Of a stretch of DNA of 64,000 nt, positions 61,716 through 64,000 are shown one piece after another. The DNA lies in the NCBI GenBank assembly GCA_041661765.1, contig JBAZTV010000003.1:1064-65063 (forward strand), written 5' to 3'. Position 1 is the first letter of the stretch. Each line of letters begins with the position of its first letter. This stretch comes from Candidatus Shapirobacteria bacterium (GTDB lineage Bacteria; Patescibacteriota; Microgenomatia; UBA12405). The translations under genes were made by a program, and so were the position numbers. The notes under the pieces are model-generated. The model searched no databases, was not told the origin of the DNA, and was given only the letters and a program-made list of their open reading frames with translations.

Positions 61716-62200
61716 TATTTATCAATTTTACCCTTATATTCACTAGTTTGTGACATTTGAGTCTGGTCGGGTTGTTGTGTTTTTCTTTTATTTCCACCTT
61801 TGTCTTTATGATGTTTCGATGGTTGTATCAATTCAAGATTAGCCATTTGATTTTGTCTTTCCATTTCTCTTTGTCTTTTTAAATTTTCCAATTCAATATT
61901 TCCTTTTTCTTCTTCCTCCTTTTCTTGTTGTCGTCTTAATTTTTCCATTTCATTTTCCACATTTCGTCCTTGTCCGCCAAAACCTTGACGAAGACGAGAC
62001 ATTTCTTCTTGCTTTTTATTTTCATCTTCTGCCTTTCTTTGGGCTATTTCTTGATCATTCAATGGCTTAATATCTCCCAAAAGTTCCCGTGCCGTAATTA
62101 CTGATCCAGCAATTTTCCCCGTTTCTTCCACTAATTTCTCCGCCGTCTCCACCCCTAATTGCCCCAACCCTTTTTTAAAATCATTTATAACCTGATTCAT
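61715..62200 (-). CDS. Hypothetical coiled-coil protein
   Basis: 161 aa E/K/Q-rich, coupled to recR and cysS. Confidence 0.7.
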   Translation of the reverse strand: MNQVINDFKKGLGQLGVETAEKLVEETGKIAGSVITARELLGDIKPLNDQEIAQRKAEDENKKQEEMSRLRQGFGGQGRNVENEMEKLRRQQEKEEEEKGNIELENLKRQREMERQNQMANLELIQPSKHHKDKGGNKRKTQQPDQTQMSQTSEYKGKIDK

Positions 62201-62206
62201 AATTTA

Positions 62207-62812
62207 TTATATCTCCCTTCGTCCTTCCATGGCTCTACTCAAAGTTGCCTGATCAGCATACTCCAAATCAGCTCCCATCGGTAAACCGCTACCAATTCGA
62301 GAAATTTTAATATTTTCTTTAGCTAAATTTTCAATTTTTTTCTTAATATATAAAGCCGTTGCTTCACCTTCCATTGTTGGATTAGTCGCCAAAATAATTT
62401 CCATATCGGTTTCAACCCTATTAATAAGTTCTCCAATTTTTAAATCATCTGGACCTACGTGTTCCAAAGGATTCACCACTCCACCTAATACATGATAAAT
62501 ACCATTAAATCCGCCAATTTTTTCAATTGCCATCACATCAATCGCTCTTTCCACTACACAAATAATTTTTCTATTTCTCTTTTCATCTTCACAAATAGAG
62601 CATAACTCTCCCTCACAGACCGAAAAACATTCCTTGCAAATCTTTACTTCTTTTTTGATTGCCAGAAGTGATCTAGCTATTTCCATTACATAAGACTCTG
62701 GAGTATTCAGTAAGTAAAACACCAATCTACTGGCACTTTTAGGCCCAATTCCCGGCAATCTTTCAAACGCCGCAATTAAATTTTTAATACTCTTTGGTAA
62801 TTCTGCTGCCAT
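62207..62812 (-). CDS. recR: Recombination mediator RecR
   Basis: LPGIGPKSA, C4 finger, ATNPTMEGEATA, G.DLEYAD. Confidence 0.98.
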   Translation of the reverse strand: MAAELPKSIKNLIAAFERLPGIGPKSASRLVFYLLNTPESYVMEIARSLLAIKKEVKICKECFSVCEGELCSICEDEKRNRKIICVVERAIDVMAIEKIGGFNGIYHVLGGVVNPLEHVGPDDLKIGELINRVETDMEIILATNPTMEGEATALYIKKKIENLAKENIKISRIGSGLPMGADLEYADQATLSRAMEGRREI

Positions 62813-62820
62813 TAGAAAAT

Positions 62821-63069
62821 TTAAAATAATCCTTCAAGTCCACCCATATCTTTCATTCTTTTCGCCGCCATTTCCTGAGATTTTTTTAAAGCCTTATTAA
62901 TAGTGTCCACTAAGATTTTATTTTCCACTCCATTCACTGACAAAAACTTAATTTTTTGATCTCCAGTTACAACTACTTTAACTCCACTTTCTTCAACTTC
63001 AATTGATTCTGCTTCAATTGCTTTTTTCAATTTATAAGCCTGAGCTAACATTTTTGTTTTATCAAACAT
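62821..63069 (-). CDS. ybaB: YbaB/EbfC nucleoid-associated protein
   Basis: GVKVVVTGDQKI; dnaX-ybaB-recR order. Confidence 0.88.
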   Translation of the reverse strand: MFDKTKMLAQAYKLKKAIEAESIEVEESGVKVVVTGDQKIKFLSVNGVENKILVDTINKALKKSQEMAAKRMKDMGGLEGLF

Positions 63070-63116
63070 AATTTAAATTAATTTTTAATTTTCTCTATTA
63101 TAACTTAAAAAATAAA

Positions 63117-64000
63117 TCAACCGAATATCTCTTTTGCCACATCATAAATGTCTCCACCACCAGCTTTGTCACCTTTATTCTCCGCCAACTGATCACTAAC
63201 GCATTCCATTGGTGTATCGTTTTTAATTACTAACGGTTGTCTTTTATTTTTTGCTAAAACACATTCAAAACCCAAATCCACTCCAAAAACCTTAGAAATC
63301 CCCTCTTCCACTATTTTTCTATTTTTACTTTCTTCCAATCGATCTTTATGAAACGGATAAAAAACTTCCAACAATAAAATATTTCCCTTAATTGATTTTG
63401 GTTTAGTTGCTCTCAAGAACGCTTCAACTGCATAATTAAACGGTTTAACCGCCACCAACAAACTTCCCCATTTTTCCTCTATTGTTTCCAATTCCAAAGA
63501 ACAAATATGTTGTGAATCTTGCATAGATGCATTGCAAGGTGTCTCTATAATTTCTACTTCATTTACAATCTGCCTTACAGTTTCCTTTTTATCCGTTTTT
63601 TTTTGTAGAGACGCCATGCTTGGCGTCTCTACCTCAGTAATAATAATTTTTTCATCAATTTCTGATTTTTTTTTAAAATTTTCTTGACTGCGATTTGTCT
63701 CCCCAAATTCCACCACTGCCAATTCCATTGGCAATTGATCAATTTCCACATCTTTTTCAATTTTAGATGCCTTCACTAAAAGATTCATAAAAAATTCCGA
63801 TTCTTCTAAATTAACTCCACCCATTTTTTTCTCTCCAATTCCATAAAACGCCAGAATTTTTTTTTGAAAAAAAATCATTAATTTCAACCTAAAACTAGAA
63901 AAATCCACTCCGTCAGTTGCCATTTTTTCCAACTTTTCTAAAATTAACTTTATCTCTCCATTATTCAAATCTTTATCAAAATCTTCCTCATTATAACTAC
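63117..64000 (-). CDS. dnaX: DNA polymerase III gamma/tau, C-terminal part (5' end outside window)
   Basis: LPMELAVVE, FYPFHKDRL; synteny with ybaB-recR. Confidence 0.8.
   Translation of the reverse strand, partial: SYNEEDFDKDLNNGEIKLILEKLEKMATDGVDFSSFRLKLMIFFQKKILAFYGIGEKKMGGVNLEESEFFMNLLVKASKIEKDVEIDQLPMELAVVEFGETNRSQENFKKKSEIDEKIIITEVETPSMASLQKKTDKKETVRQIVNEVEIIETPCNASMQDSQHICSLELETIEEKWGSLLVAVKPFNYAVEAFLRATKPKSIKGNILLLEVFYPFHKDRLEESKNRKIVEEGISKVFGVDLGFECVLAKNKRQPLVIKNDTPMECVSDQLAENKGDKAGGGDIYDVAKEIFG
63605..63632. repeat. GTAG-type REP palindrome in frame in dnaX (degenerate second copy 63521-63548)
   Basis: GTAGAGACGCCA-TGCT-TGGCGTCTCTAC encodes VETPSMASLQ; second copy encodes IETPCNASMQ. 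Confidence 0.9.

Overview
AT-rich, very compact bacterial chromosome segment. Gene content and protein style suggest a Patescibacteria/CPR (Microgenomates-like) genome; this is inference. Contents: (1) a minus-strand type IV pilus locus with pilB, pilT, pilC, pilD, ten pilin-like genes and a Cys-rich tandem-repeat secreted protein running off the left edge; (2) housekeeping genes (holB-like, ligA, pth, gyrB/gyrA, a Xer recombinase, dnaB, hisS, rpmE, a short prfA, rpsF-ssb-rpsR, cysS, recR, ybaB, partial dnaX); (3) three tRNAs (Ala-CGC, Leu-CAA, His-GTG); (4) a MacAB-like ABC system; (5) a frameshifted RAYT transposase. Best candidates for new biology: (a) a four-gene beta-lysine locus at 22.7-26.6 kb joining a minimal KamA/EpmB aminomutase, a divergent AblB-like acetyltransferase, an HDAC-family deacetylase and EpmA, which may be a reversible acetylation cycle around EF-P beta-lysylation; (b) more than 20 short palindromic elements of several families, many inserted in-frame in essential genes and pilin leader peptides, with one family modular/nested and always in the same orientation; (c) pervasive leaderless-type promoters, a symmetric dif-like site beside xer, and a recurrent CCTATCTTTAGG motif. 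All calls were made by eye, with no database searches.
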